Positions 10,758 to 22,705 of a stretch of DNA of 40,035 nt are shown piece by piece. Below the pieces are notes generated by a model. It searched no databases. It saw nothing but the letters and a program-made list of their open reading frames with translations, and was not told the DNA's origin. The stretch lies in contig RBNJ01000129.1 of the NCBI GenBank assembly GCA_003990765.1, positions 1-40,035 on the forward strand, read 5' to 3'. Numbering within the stretch: the stretch's first letter is position 1; every line of letters begins with the position of its first letter. Position numbers and translations under genes: made by a program. This DNA is from Jimgerdemannia flammicorona. Its lineage: Eukaryota.

Positions 10758-12156
10758 TCATTTATTAACTATCTATAATATGCTACATATCCTCATACAA
10801 CATCAGTAGTCCCATTCTACCCCAATCTCAACCCACTACCAGCCTTATACCTTTAGGGTGTGAGTTGTGACCTCACTGTCCGAGTAACTAGATCCTCCTA
10901 TCCAGTCTGCCCCATCCAGTGGATATGGGTTGTGAGCCCCAATCACCTCAAGTACTTGGCATTTAGTGCACCTGACCTATCCCTATTAGTGCCTCCTATC
11001 TTGCCCATCTAGCCTGTCTTATCCACCCATGTTGCCTGTGTTGCCATCTTGCTATCTTGCCCATCTTACCCATCTTGCCCATCTTGCCTACCTGTATTGC
11101 CCATGTTGCCTGTGTTGCCCATATTGCCTACCCATATTGCCTGTATTGCCCATCTTACCCATCTTGCTCATGTTGCCCATATTACCCATATTGCCCATCT
11201 TACCCATCTTGCCCGTCTTGCCCATCTTGCCCATCTTGCCCACCCATGTTACCCATGTTGCCCATGTTGCCCATGTTGCCCATGTTGCCCATATTGCCCG
11301 TTTTGTCTGTTTTGTCTGTTTTGCCCATCTTGCCCATGTCACCTGTCTTGCTGTCTGCTTGTCTTGCCCATGTCGCCCATCTTGCTGTCTTGCCTGTCTT
11401 ACCTGTCTTGCCTACCTATATTGCCCATGTTGTCCATATTGCCCATGTTGCCCATATTGCCTGCCTGTATTGCCCATATTGCCCATGTTGCCCGCTCATG
11501 TTGCCCATGTTGCCTGTGTTGCCCATGTTGCCCACCTATGTTGCCCATGTTGCCCATGTTGCCCATTTTGCCCATTTTGCCCATTTTGCCCATTTTGTCC
11601 ATTTTGCCCATTTTGCCCATCTTGTCCATATCACCTGTCTTACCATCTGCCCATCTTGCCCATGTCGCCCATCTTGCCATCTTGCTGTCTTGCCTATCTT
11701 GCCCATCTTGCCCATCTTGTCTGTCTTGCCCATCTTGCCTGTCTTGCCTGTCTTGCCTGTCTTGCCTGTCTTGCCTGTCTTGCCCATCTTGCCCATCTTG
11801 CCCATGTCACCCATCTTGTCATCTTGCTGTCTTATCCATCTTGCCTGTCTTGCCCACCTGTGTTGCCCATATTGCCTGTGTTGTCTGTGTTGCCTGTGTT
11901 GCATGTTACCTGTATTGCCTGTTTTGCCCATATTGTCTATCTTACTGTCTACCTGTCTTACCCATGTTGCCCATCTTGCTGTCTTGCCATCTTGCCTGTC
12001 TTGCCCATCTTGCCTATGTTGTCCATGTTGCTTATATTGCCTATGTTGCCCATGTTGCCCATGTTGCCCATATTGCCTGTATTGTCCATATTGCCCATGT
12101 TGCCCATGGCCTACCAAACCATTATGACCATTAAGGTAGCAGAGAAAGGGGTGGCA
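10758..12156 (-). mobile_element. Non-autonomous minisatellite-containing retro-insert in the A2 dUTPase
   Basis: Perfect 16-bp TSD TATTCAAGATACTACC (10742-10757 / 12157-12172); absent from the equivalent site in A1 (~1375-1392); AATAAA on the minus strand at 10761-10766. Confidence 0.85.
10998..12108. repeat. 9-bp minisatellite (TTGCCCATG / TTGCCCATC / TTGCCTGTC variants) with higher-order blocks
   Basis: Visible directly; explains the three overlapping ~360-380 aa low-complexity ORFs on the + strand. Confidence 0.97.
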
Positions 12157-13994
12157 TATTCAAGATACTACCCTTGAACTACAGACCACCACTCTACTTG
12201 GCACCGAAATTGGAGTCAAGTTGCCAGAGAGCTATACTGGAATTATCAAGACCAGGAGCAGTCTAGCCAAAAGCGAAATCTCAGTTAAAGGAGGAGTAAT
12301 TGACCCTAATTATACTGGCAAGATCTTCCTTATAGTCAGGAATCACAACCTTACCACCCCATTCAAAGTCAAGAAGTATGACAGGATTGGTCAGATTCTG
12401 ATCCACAAAATCAAGAAGCCCAAGCCATTGAACTCATCAAGATCAAGAGAGGAGAACAAGGTTTTGGATCTACTGGAAGAGAAGCCTATGCTGCCACCAA
12501 GATTACTGAACTTGAGCACAAGAAAGATAAGGACCAGAACAAGTATATATATATATATCATTGGAGAAAACTTTCCTCTAGAAGAACAACTTCTCAAGAT
12601 CCTGTATCAGAATGTAGGAGTACTTGCTACAGACTTCAGAGATATCCACAATCAAGAACTCAAGTACTACCATGAAGTTGACACTGGTGATACCAAGCCC
12701 ATCTATCAGAAAGCCAGACCTATATCACCTGCCTACAGAGAATGACTGTAAGCAGAACTCAAGGAAATAGAAGAAGCCAGAATTATCAAGCAAGCTATCA
12801 GTCTCTGGGCTTCACCTATTGTCCTCATTCCAAAGAAAGGAAGCAAGCCTGGAGAGTTTGCCCCAAGACTCTGCATTGACTACAGAAAGCTCAATACAAT
12901 CACCAAAAAGAATAGGCAGTCCTTGCCAAATATTCAAGAAATCCTTACCACTCTTGAAAGTGAAGCCAAATACTACACCACCTTGGATCTATTCTCAGGC
13001 TTCCATCAGATTGGTCTCACTCAAGATGCCAGTGAGAAATCAGCCTTCATTACATCTGATACCACCTATATCTACCTGTAAATGCTATTTGGAATGTGCA
13101 ATGCTCCAGCAAGTTTTCAGTGAATAATAAATAGAGTCTTCAGCAATGAGATCAGAAAATGACTCTTTGTCTAGGTTGATAATGTGATCATCTTCAGCAA
13201 TACTATATGGGAATATGTCAATCATATATAGCTAGCTCTCAAGAAGCTCAAGGAGAATGGCCTCTACATCAAGCCTAAGAAGTGTAAGTTTGCAGCTCAG
13301 AAAATCACCTACCTAGGACACCTCATCAACCAGACTGAAATCCACACAGACTCTATAATGATTAAGGCTATTGCAGCCTACCCAAGACCCAGAATAACTA
13401 CAGAAGTCCATGCCTTCCTTGGACTGGCCTCCTACTACAGAAGATTCATCAAAGGATATGCCAATATTGCAGTACCTATCTATGAGCTACTGAAGAAGGA
13501 GATCAAATTTGAATAGACCAAGAAATGCCAAGAAACCTTCAATGAACTCAAGACAAGATTGACCTAAGCACCCATCCTCAGAAGATCAAATTGGAACCTA
13601 GAGTTCATCCTGCAGACAGATGCAAGTACTATAGGACTTAGAGCAGTCCTAGCTCAGAAGAAAGATGGACATGAATATGTCATCTCCTATGCAAGCCAAG
13701 GTACCTGTAGAGCAGAACAGAACTATGAGTCATGCAAGCTTAAATGCTTAACAGTAGTTTGGGCAGTAGACAAGTTCCACTACTACCTAGCTGGGAAATA
13801 CTTCACCTTTCAAACAGACCATTCCACTCTTGCCTGGCTATTTCACACTCTGAACCTCAAAGAAATATATTTCAGATAGATCTACAGGCTATAAGAGTAT
13901 GACTGTACTATTAAGCACTACTTAGGGAGAACTAATGCCAATACTGATATACTCTCAAGAACACTCTAAAACACTCCCATCAAGACTATTCAAC

Positions 13995-15196
13995 ATGAAT
14001 AAGGAGTTATACTATGAATTAATCAGCTATCTCAGGTAGCAGAAGATGCCCAACCACCTTGAATCCTGAACAATTACCATTATTAACTGGACTTAGAAAT
14101 AGTTTGAACTAGACAACACTACACTCAGAAAAGGAGGAAAGCTTGTAATACCTGAACACAAGAAGTATCAAGTAATGAAGGAAGTATACAAACAAGGATA
14201 CCTAAGAGAAACTAATATATGATAAGGCAAGAAGAACTATATGGTGGCTCAAGATGGAAGAAGATCTGTACCAATTTGTCAAAGAGTATAACAAGTACCA
14301 AAAACAGAAACAAGATCAGCAAGACCAGGCATCCAGATTACCAAGAATTGAGCCTATCCCCTTCTACCACATCACAATAGATATCATTGGGTTACCTAGT
14401 AATACTATCAGAAAACTGCTACATTATAGTTATTATAGACCTCTTTATCAAATGGATAGAAGCAGATGTATTACAAGAAGCCAATGCCCTCTCTATAGCC
14501 AACTTCCTGTACTGAGAAATCATCTGCTACTACAAGACACCAAAGCAAATTACCACAGACTACAGCACAGAATTTATCAATAGATTCTATGAGATAATAT
14601 ATCAGAAATACAAGATTCAGCACATCAAGACCACCATGTACCATTCTAAAGGAAATGGACAGACAGAGAGAACCAATAAGACCCTTAAGAACATCCTGGT
14701 AAAGATCTCAGACATATATAAGAATTGTGATAACTACCTCCCAACTGCCCTATCTGTCCTATAAGATATATAGTCACAGAGTACACACTTTACTCTAAGA
14801 GAACTGCTCTTTGGAGAAGAAGATTCTGATAGAACCTCAGCCATAAATCTAGACCTAACTTGGAGACAGATTGACTCAGAAATCCAGAGACTATACCAAA
14901 TCAGGAAGAAGGCTGAAGATTACATCATCAAGTTATAAGTGCTGATAAGGAAGCTTGCAGAAAAGAATCACAAGACCCTAGAACTCATCCAAATCAGAGA
15001 AAAGGTCCTACTATATCAAAATATGATAGAAGCCTCATGGTCATGAAAACTAAAACCCAAATAGGAAGGACCCTTCTATTTGTAAGATATTAAGGAAACT
15101 ATCTTCTGGCTTAGAAAACTCTCAGGGACCATACTACCTACTATAGTATATAGGAATAGACTTAAGAAATACCATGAACCTATATAAGAGAAGTAA
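13995..15196 (+). pseudogene. Integrase (A2), separate ORF
   Basis: ATG within CAACATGAATAA overlapping the RH stop; colinear with 3208-4412. Confidence 0.88.
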
Positions 15197-15550
15197 AATA
15201 TGATGACTTCCCATGAGGTTCTAGTCCATGAATTGTAACAGCATGTCTCATGACTAGCAGGCAATCTGTCTGGACCATTCTCTAAGAGATATGGCACTAG
15301 CAACTACTAATTCATGAGACTTTCAAAGCCAGAGGAGTTTGGACTATCAACTGATTGATCAAGATCAGAATCAGGCCCTTGCTTTATATGAAGAGAGTGA
15401 CCCTTCACCATTATGCCAAATACATAGGGAAGACACCAGCCCATAAATATTACTTTTTGACCCCCTGCTAGAGGTTATGAGATTAGTAAATTTTTCAGGA
15501 CTGGACCAATGAATAAGGATATTCAAGAAGATCCTTATTCAGGAGGAAGA

Positions 15551-17094
15551 TGTAACAGTAATCTCAGAATGATGATATAAGCACAAGAGACAGCAATTCC
15601 TTACAAGCTATCAGATCAAAGTACAAGAAGATTATACAGTATGACTCACCCAGGCTACAAGATGAGCAATGATGACCAACTGTGAGTTATTGGGACCACA
15701 ATATAAACATCTTGAAGAATATAAAAGAAGAATCAAGGAATCACAGTAGCAGCAACTCAACAAGACCCACTAATCCTGAAATAGCTCAAAGACTTATCAT
15801 AAACAAAATGTCTGCTACTTATCAAATCTTAAGATTAAGAAATCATCAAGGCCTCTCAATATAGGAAAGGATGTTTCAAGACATCTGAAGAGCCATAAGG
15901 ACTTATACCACAAGGACTCCTAGTGTCAACCTAAGTACTGGTGACCCTTATAATTATATCCTCTACTGCTATGAGATGGAAACAAGAATCACTTTTGCTA
16001 CTGAATGCCTCTAGATATAGCAAGAATATAAAATAGAAAACCTCCTCAGATGGAAATTCCCTCAAGCCAACCCTCAAGAGCTACAAGATGCCACTCTCAT
16101 AGATATATATGAAATAAGAACAGCTAAGAAGATTCATCAGATCTTCAGGTATGCACTATGGTCAATCCTCAACTTAGAGTATACCAGAGTCTCAGACTTC
16201 AGAGATCTGTCAGTCCATTATATCAATACACTAGAAGCCATGGTAGCTACAGAGGTCCAGTCCACTATCACCCTCAATAGTAATGAGGTAGAAGAGTTCT
16301 AGTATCCTATCCTCCAGGACAACCCAGATCAGTTCTTATAAGGATTAATCTCAGCATTCCAAGGCCCCAGTATCTAGGTTAGACCTCTCTAAGACCCCAC
16401 ATTTGTTCTTTATTTTGTGGAAGAGAATGTCATAGATTGGAGAGCCCCTGCTGCTGAATATGATGACATCATCAGTGATGATATCATTCCATGCAACATA
16501 TGCAACAAGATAGATGAAACATTTGCAGATCTCATCTCCTTTAGTGATGATAAGGATGAAAGTCCTGAACATTTAGCTTTAAAGTTCTTGGTGATACCAA
16601 ATTCTGCCAGTATTCTTTTTCCATATAACAGTTAATCCCTCCACTGGCATTCTGATCTTATGTGACTCAGAATTCTTCCAGCATCCTTTTCCTATACTAT
16701 TGAATTCTACTAGCACTTTAAACTTGTACAACCATTTGTACCAATACTGAAATCTGTACCAATAACTGTAGTTTTCTGTGTTCCAGTATTTTATTTAGTT
16801 ATTGGAATTTATATTTAGCTTTATATCTTAGCAACCATTGAATTATATTTTGTATAAATACCCCTCTTATTTCTTTTGAAATAAAGTCAGTTCTAGTTTA
16901 CTTACCCTCAATTCCATATAAGCAATCTAAGAGATAACAAGACAGTTTAAAGATAAGAAGTTTGAGGACTATAAGACCTTAGAAAGGCACTCTAATAAGA
17001 ACTTACTTATATATAACAAACTTGAGTTAGTCTAAGAGATACACTTTGAAGAGAATCTGATATATTTGAAGGACTCAGTGACTACTATGTGACA
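15551..17094 (+). repeat. 3' LTR of A2
   Basis: TGTAACAGTAATCTC after PPT AGGAGGAAGA; ends TATGTGACA; homologous to 6887-8438. Confidence 0.92.
15808..16635 (+). pseudogene. LTR-encoded accessory ORF (A2 3' LTR copy, ~275 codons)
   Basis: One frame from ATG 15808 to TAA 16635 with no net frameshift; stops are explicable as decayed CAA/CAG/CGA/TGG; includes QEYKIENLL...RTAKKIHQIFRYALWSILNLEYTRVSDFRDLS. Confidence 0.7.
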
Positions 17095-17287
17095 ATATAT
17101 ATATATATTTAGCTTATATCCTCAGGAATAGTATACCTAGAAATTTGAATAGATGATATCATTCTGGTTGAGATAGTAAGTAAGATTAATGATATAAAGG
17201 TAATACTATATCAGAAATTTAAGATGATATATAAATATGAGTGATGTATTCTATCTTATTGAAATATCAATTATATATAATAGGTAC
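17095..17287 (+). pseudogene. Copia RT fragment 2
   Basis: GIVYLEI*IDDIILV (Copia YVDD-equivalent), then LYQKFKM...FYLIEISI. Confidence 0.8.
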
Positions 17288-18540
17288 TGTGACAAACCAG
17301 AACATACCACCTAAATTATACCTTAGTCAGATGACCTGAACACACAGCATAGTAACCAGCAACCATTGCTATGGAAACTGTATAAATAGCCAGACTATCA
17401 GATAAGATATATCTGTGTAGGACCTGCACACCTGTGCTGGACCTGCATACTTGTGCTGGACCTGTACAACTTGCTATAGATAGCAAATCTATAGTTAGCC
17501 ACATAGAAACCAGATAGCAACCAACTTGTATAAATTACCTCAGAGACAAGATTGAATAAACCTCAGTCTGAATTGAAGTATAAACCAAAGAAGCCTCTAA
17601 AGATTGAGCATTGGTCCCCTTATTCCACTCCAGTCCACTTTCTGATACAAAGATTGATTGGTACACTTGCCAGACTAAGCTTGAAGATTTGCCACCAAAG
17701 TTCAAGGAGAACTTTGCTGCCTTTTGAAAAGAAACCCACTACTTAAGAAATAAGCTGTCATTTTCAAGAAGTCTACTGATTCAGGAGAATCTGCATCATC
17801 TGCTGTTTTTAAGTTATTTGCCACCATTCTTGCCACAAGCCAGTCTTTCTAATGCAACTTCACAGTAGAGCCAGTCTATGACATAACCTCATGCAAATGA
17901 AGCCAGTCTTTGATGTAACTTAAGTTAATTCCCAGTTGAAGCTGCCAATTCAGGAGAATCTGCATTATCCACCATTTCCAAGTTATCCACCATACTCCCA
18001 GTTAAAGCCACCATTTTCAAGTTATCCACATTCTCAGAAGAACCTGTACTGCTCAAGCTATTATTCCCAGAAGAACCCTATTTACACCATCTGAGTAGTA
18101 TTCCCAATTGAAGCTGAATCTATGACATTTGAGTTAATTGTCCCCAAATGTCCCACATAAGAAATCCACTGTGCTATACAGAGATCACCCACCACCCAAG
18201 AAGGAGAACTGCTAAATTGCCAGACTGTCATGCATAAGATTGTTGTGCTACACAGAAATCACCCACTACTCAAGAAGGAAACTGCTCATGCTATACACAA
18301 ATTCTGTCATTCCCAGTTGACCCAAGAAGGAAAGATATAAATCACTGCCACACCTAGAGAATCATCCTAATAAGAAAACTGCTCAAAGATATCCAGCTTG
18401 ACTATTATACCACTAAACACCAAGGACCTCAGGAATCTTAGAATATTTTATTGCTTTTTGACAAAGTAACTGGGGGCTTAAGCCAAACTACATCAATCCC
18501 CAACCTTGTAATTTGCCTCTATTGAGCCAGGCACATTACA
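17288..18540 (+). repeat. 5' LTR of B
   Basis: TGTGACAAACC...GGCACATTACA; TATAAAT at 17529, AATAAA at 17555; internal ~19-bp tandem (GGACCTGCACACCTGTGCT-like, about 3 copies) at ~17420-17475. Confidence 0.95.
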
Positions 18541-18542
18541 TT

Positions 18543-18559
18543 TGGAGGCTCAACTGGGA
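18543..18559 (+). promoter_or_regulatory. Primer-binding site of family B, tRNA-Pro-like
   Basis: TGGAGGCTCAACTGGGA after a 2-nt spacer; two transitions away from a Pro-type PBS TGGGGGCTCAACCGGGA (tRNA assignment is inference; Thr is possible). Confidence 0.7.
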
Positions 18560-18575
18560 AGATTTCAAAATCAAC

Positions 18576-20995
18576 ATGACTTTTCAACTCATAAGAATCC
18601 ACAGTCAAACTGGATACATTTGATACAACACCAACCTCTACTACTACAGGAGAACCAGTCATCACTAGCATTTGGACAGGAAGAGAAGTAATCACCTCAA
18701 GACTTACTAACTACCCAGCATCAGAAGGATCCCAACCAGAAGCAGGAGGCAGTACAGCCCGAAATCTCCAACCAGACCAACCAGATCAACCAGATCAACC
18801 AGACAATATAGGCAATCCTGCTAGAGATTTTGGAGAACTCACACACAAGAACTAGAAGACCTCATCACACAGACCCAATACTTTACAGCCAGACACTCCA
18901 CAACAGTCCCACCAATCTTACCAATAGAACCCCTACCACAACCTCTTGCAGAACTGGAAATAGCTCCTACAAGAATACCTAGGCCTATTCCACTCCATCC
19001 AAGGACCAGAACACTATCTTCAAGATACCCAAGCACCCCCATCTCTAGTGACAGTTTAGAAAGCAAATCAGAATCAGAATCCGAACTTGAACCAGGATCA
19101 GAGGAAAGTGATGACAAAATGGCCACCTCATTGCTAACCTTTGCAGTATATCCAGAGGAAGACCCCAGAGAATTCCTTAATGGAATTGAAGGAATTGCAG
19201 TCTTGAGAAATCTCTCAGATGAAAGAAAATTGCCATCTACAAAGCTTAGCTCAGAGAACCAGCCAGAGGAATTTTCCATCAAATAGCAAATAACTGAGAT
19301 TCAGAACTAGCAAGACAGATACAAGCAGCAATGTCTGATGAGCTAGAATATGAAGCCATGGTCCACTGGCTCATTAAAAAATATGCAGGAAACAAAACCC
19401 ATCACAAGGCTCAGGAATCCATCATGGGAATGAAGATGAATCTTAGAGAATCACCCAGAGCCTTCTTTATAAGAATCCAGAAGAGAATGCATTCTGCTGG
19501 GTTCAATGCCACCAACCAAGACATCATAGATCCAATGACCTTCATGAATGGAATTCCTCTGAATATTGCCCAGTATGTCCACACCCTAGGTATCAGAAGG
19601 TCTGAAGAGCAAGTAGATGCAGCCCAAGGATTCTTCGATGTCAGACAAGGAACTACCTGGAGTGATCATAACAAGAAGGAAGATAAAGAAGATATCCTGG
19701 TCAAAGCCCTGCAAGAACTCCTTCAAGGACAAGAAAGATCTGAGGAAAGAAGGCCAGCCAAGGAAGGAAAGAAGGACAGAAGTGAAATCCAAGACCTCAG
19801 CTCCAAGTTAGACCAATTGGTTGGACAGATTGAAAAACTCACTACATGTGAAAATCAGAGCTATCAAGACAATAGAGGATACTCACCACAGAGGAGCCAA
19901 GGTTATCTACCAAGAGATAACAGGAATTACTAGTAAGAAGAAAGAAGGTACTCTGTCCAAGACAGAGCCCAAGTCCAATACTTCTACTGTAGACAATTTG
20001 AACACTATGCCACTGAATGTGACAACAAAAGAAGTGACTGAAGGGACTCAGAACCACTGAACTGAAGGAATGACACTCAGTACAAGAAGACTGAAGTCCA
20101 TCCTGTTGAAGATTTCGAGGAAGCAAGCAACAGTGAAGACTACAGTGACCTAGACTTGTACCCCACTAAGGTTACAATCCAGAAAACAGTCTATCCAGTA
20201 GAAAAAAGAAAGAGACCTGTAGGAAGACCATCCAGAAACATCAGCAGAAGAATTATCTAAGAAGAGGATGAAGAACATGAGGAGGAACAAGTAGAAACAC
20301 CTCCCCAAACCCCTTCACCTTTTGTCTCTAAGATAAATGAGTTGTCACCAGAAGATGAAGAAATGGAACAAGAAGAACAGGAACCCACTGCTCCAAAACC
20401 TAAGAAGAAGTACACTCCGAAGACCATACCTAGAGACATTTACAATGAAGCCTGGCAGAAGATTCAAGAAGCAAAGATGGAAGTCCCTCTCCTGCAGTTC
20501 TTGCAACTGATACCAGCTGGGGTCTGAAACAAATTGCTGAGAACCACCAGGTCTAGCACTGACCGAGTTCCAATCCCACAGCAAGAACCAGCTTTCATTC
20601 CTATCCAAGCAGTCAAAAGACATGTCAGCACCTACTTATATGGAGATATTGGAGAATAAAAAGCGAAAATCCTCATAGACACAGGAGCAGCTGTCTGTGT
20701 TATTGCCAAATGATTCCTGGACACCCTCCAATGGCCCATTGATGGACCATCCAACCTCAGCATCATAGTAGCAGATGGAGCCCAAACTCAACCCCTTGGA
20801 GAAGTACAAAATATCACCATCTCTCTTGGACACATTCAGTTCTCCATCCCCAAGGCTGTTGTCACCAAAGCTGTCACCTATGATATAATTCTTGGCACCA
20901 ACTGGATGAAAGAAATGAATGCAGTTGTTGATATTGGCCAACAAGTACTCAAGTTTGATTATCGAGGCAAGAAGTATAGAGTTAAGGTGACCAGC
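18576..20995 (+). pseudogene. Gag (capsid-like region plus zinc knuckle) and aspartic protease of B
   Basis: EDPREFL, MKMNLRESPRAFFIRI, FMNGIP; knuckle (Y)FYCRQFEHYATEC at 19979-20020; ILIDTGAAVCVI at ~20678; YDIILGTNWM. 5' start approximate. Confidence 0.88.
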
Positions 20996-22299
20996 TATGA
21001 GCAATCAAAGAAGAAGAAGATCACTATTCAGGAAGAATATACCAGTAGTGAGAAATCCACCACAGAAGAAGAGGAAGAATCTGAAGATGGAAATGATCCC
21101 AGACTCAATCCCTGAATTAACCTGGTGGATGACAGACCAGAAGACAATGTATGGGCCAAGAACACCATCTCCATCACTATTGGAGCCATTGCAGGAGAAG
21201 CCAAAGGATACCCTATCTGCCTCAAGAGACACAAGTGTCCTGAGCACTCCTCCAAGATCATGGGAACAAGGAAATCGCCTGGCACAGCCTGCCCAGAGTG
21301 CAGAAGGAAGAAGAAGAAATACAGACATGTTCTAGAAACACCTGCAACCAAAGCTGCAGAAGTACAAGCAATTTGGGGTCAAGAATCATCTGAGGAAGAA
21401 GAAACTTCTGACCAAGAAGTTCTCAAACAAGAAGTACCTGAAGAAGAAGAGATCCCTGAACTCATTCCCTGGGATGACCCTCGCTGGACACCATCTAAAG
21501 ACAATGACCCTTGGAATACAGAAGAAGGACCCAGTACAATCACCATTATCCCCAAGAAAGAAACCCACCAAGAGAAAGCTTTTCAGCTAGGAAGATGTCC
21601 ACACCAAATGGTCTTCCACTCTCCCTGAGACTACTGCTATCAGTGTCATCTGTTGGACCAATAAGAAAGACAGAGACCCCAGAGACCAGAACCCCCAACT
21701 ACCCTTGCACAGTCCACCATCTTTCAAGAAGTCACCACAAGGTTACAAAGTCAATTTAGGGGACAAGGCTTCTTTACCCAAACAGAAAGATACCCCTTGT
21801 CTACCCTTCCCCTGACCTATGATCAAGATAGGTACTGATTCCCAAGACAACAAGAGATAAATAGCTGAGAATATCATTTTCAGGCAATGGAATATTGCAA
21901 CCACAGGAGACATCCTGACTGCCAAGACTGCAGACATCAGAAGATTCACCTCAGTATTGATATTACAGTGCACACTTTGAGGAAAGGAGATAATCAAAGC
22001 CAGATCCAAAAAAACCAGATTCAAAAAAGCCAGACCAAGAAGCCCAGAAAAAGAATCCTCAAGATCTATGATTTGAGAGAAGACATCCTAGCTCTCATCA
22101 GACATATAACCTGCCAAGGATGGGCAGAAGATGCCACCAACTTCATGGAAGCCCTTGACCCTATAGGAAGGAGGGGAATCAACTACCTCTGAGACCCCTC
22201 TACTGGAGCCAGATGGCCACACCTCAACCTTAGAGCTTGGAGACTTTCCGCTAGTAGAGCTTCAGCCTTAGGAAAGCTTGAACTCAGCAAGGATATTGC

Positions 22300-22705
22300 C
22301 CTGTATGTCCTGCTGCACTCCAAGGCCAAACCCCCAACCAAAGCCCACCCAGAGGATGTAGGATATAATCTTCACAGCCTGGAGGATGAATCTATCAAGC
22401 CTGGAAAAACCTTCATGGTCAGAACCAGATTAGCCATGCAGCCACCCCAAGGAGCTTATATTCAACTGACCTCAAGGTCCGGACTTGCCAGACAAGAGAT
22501 AACTGTAGAAGGAGGAACCATTGACCCAGGATATACAGGCGAAATCAAGGTCATCCTACACAACAGCAGTGCAGAATGACACTGAATCATTAGAGGACAG
22601 AAGATTGCCCAGGCAATCTTCATGAAAGTCAAGACCCCTCAGTTATGGGAAGTCTCTGAACTAACTGAAGGAACAAGACAAGCCAAGAGATTTGGAAGTT
22701 CAGAC
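22300..22705 (+). pseudogene. dut: dUTPase domain of B
   Basis: DVGYNL, SRSGLA, GGTIDPGYTGEIKVIL, QKIAQAI, RQAKRFGSSD. Confidence 0.93.

Larger units (their letters stand above)
8508..14002 (+). pseudogene. gag-PR-dUTPase-RT-RNaseH polyprotein of A2 (many stops; interrupted by insert 10758-12156)
   Basis: Gag-like LPTFY...LRGPVRDKF...FLKGVHSEI; decayed knuckle near 9290; IIDTSAG near 9985; dUTPase split by the insert (RSSLA, GVIDPNYTG); RT LCIDYRKLN; RH LQTDAS; ends KTIQHE*. Start codon inferred (ATA, probably decayed ATG). Confidence 0.9.
6887..17094 (+). mobile_element. Ty3/Gypsy family A, full-length copy A2 (degenerate)
   Basis: Two ~1.55 kb LTRs, PBS at 8442, PPT at 15541-15550, TSD ATAT (6883-6886 / 17095-17098); the Copia RT resumes after it. 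Confidence 0.95.

Noticed and set aside
11029-12177. Three overlapping 356-382 aa ORFs (LPM/CPC/AHV repeats) that could look like metallothionein- or His-rich proteins
   Set aside because: They are the three frames of a stop-free 9-bp minisatellite; there is no evidence of a real gene.
18839-21571. Numerous minus-strand ORFs over the Gypsy coding regions (also 671-2449 and 8582-10556)
   Set aside because: Antisense shadows of A-rich gag-pol sequence; hydrophobic low-complexity translations only.
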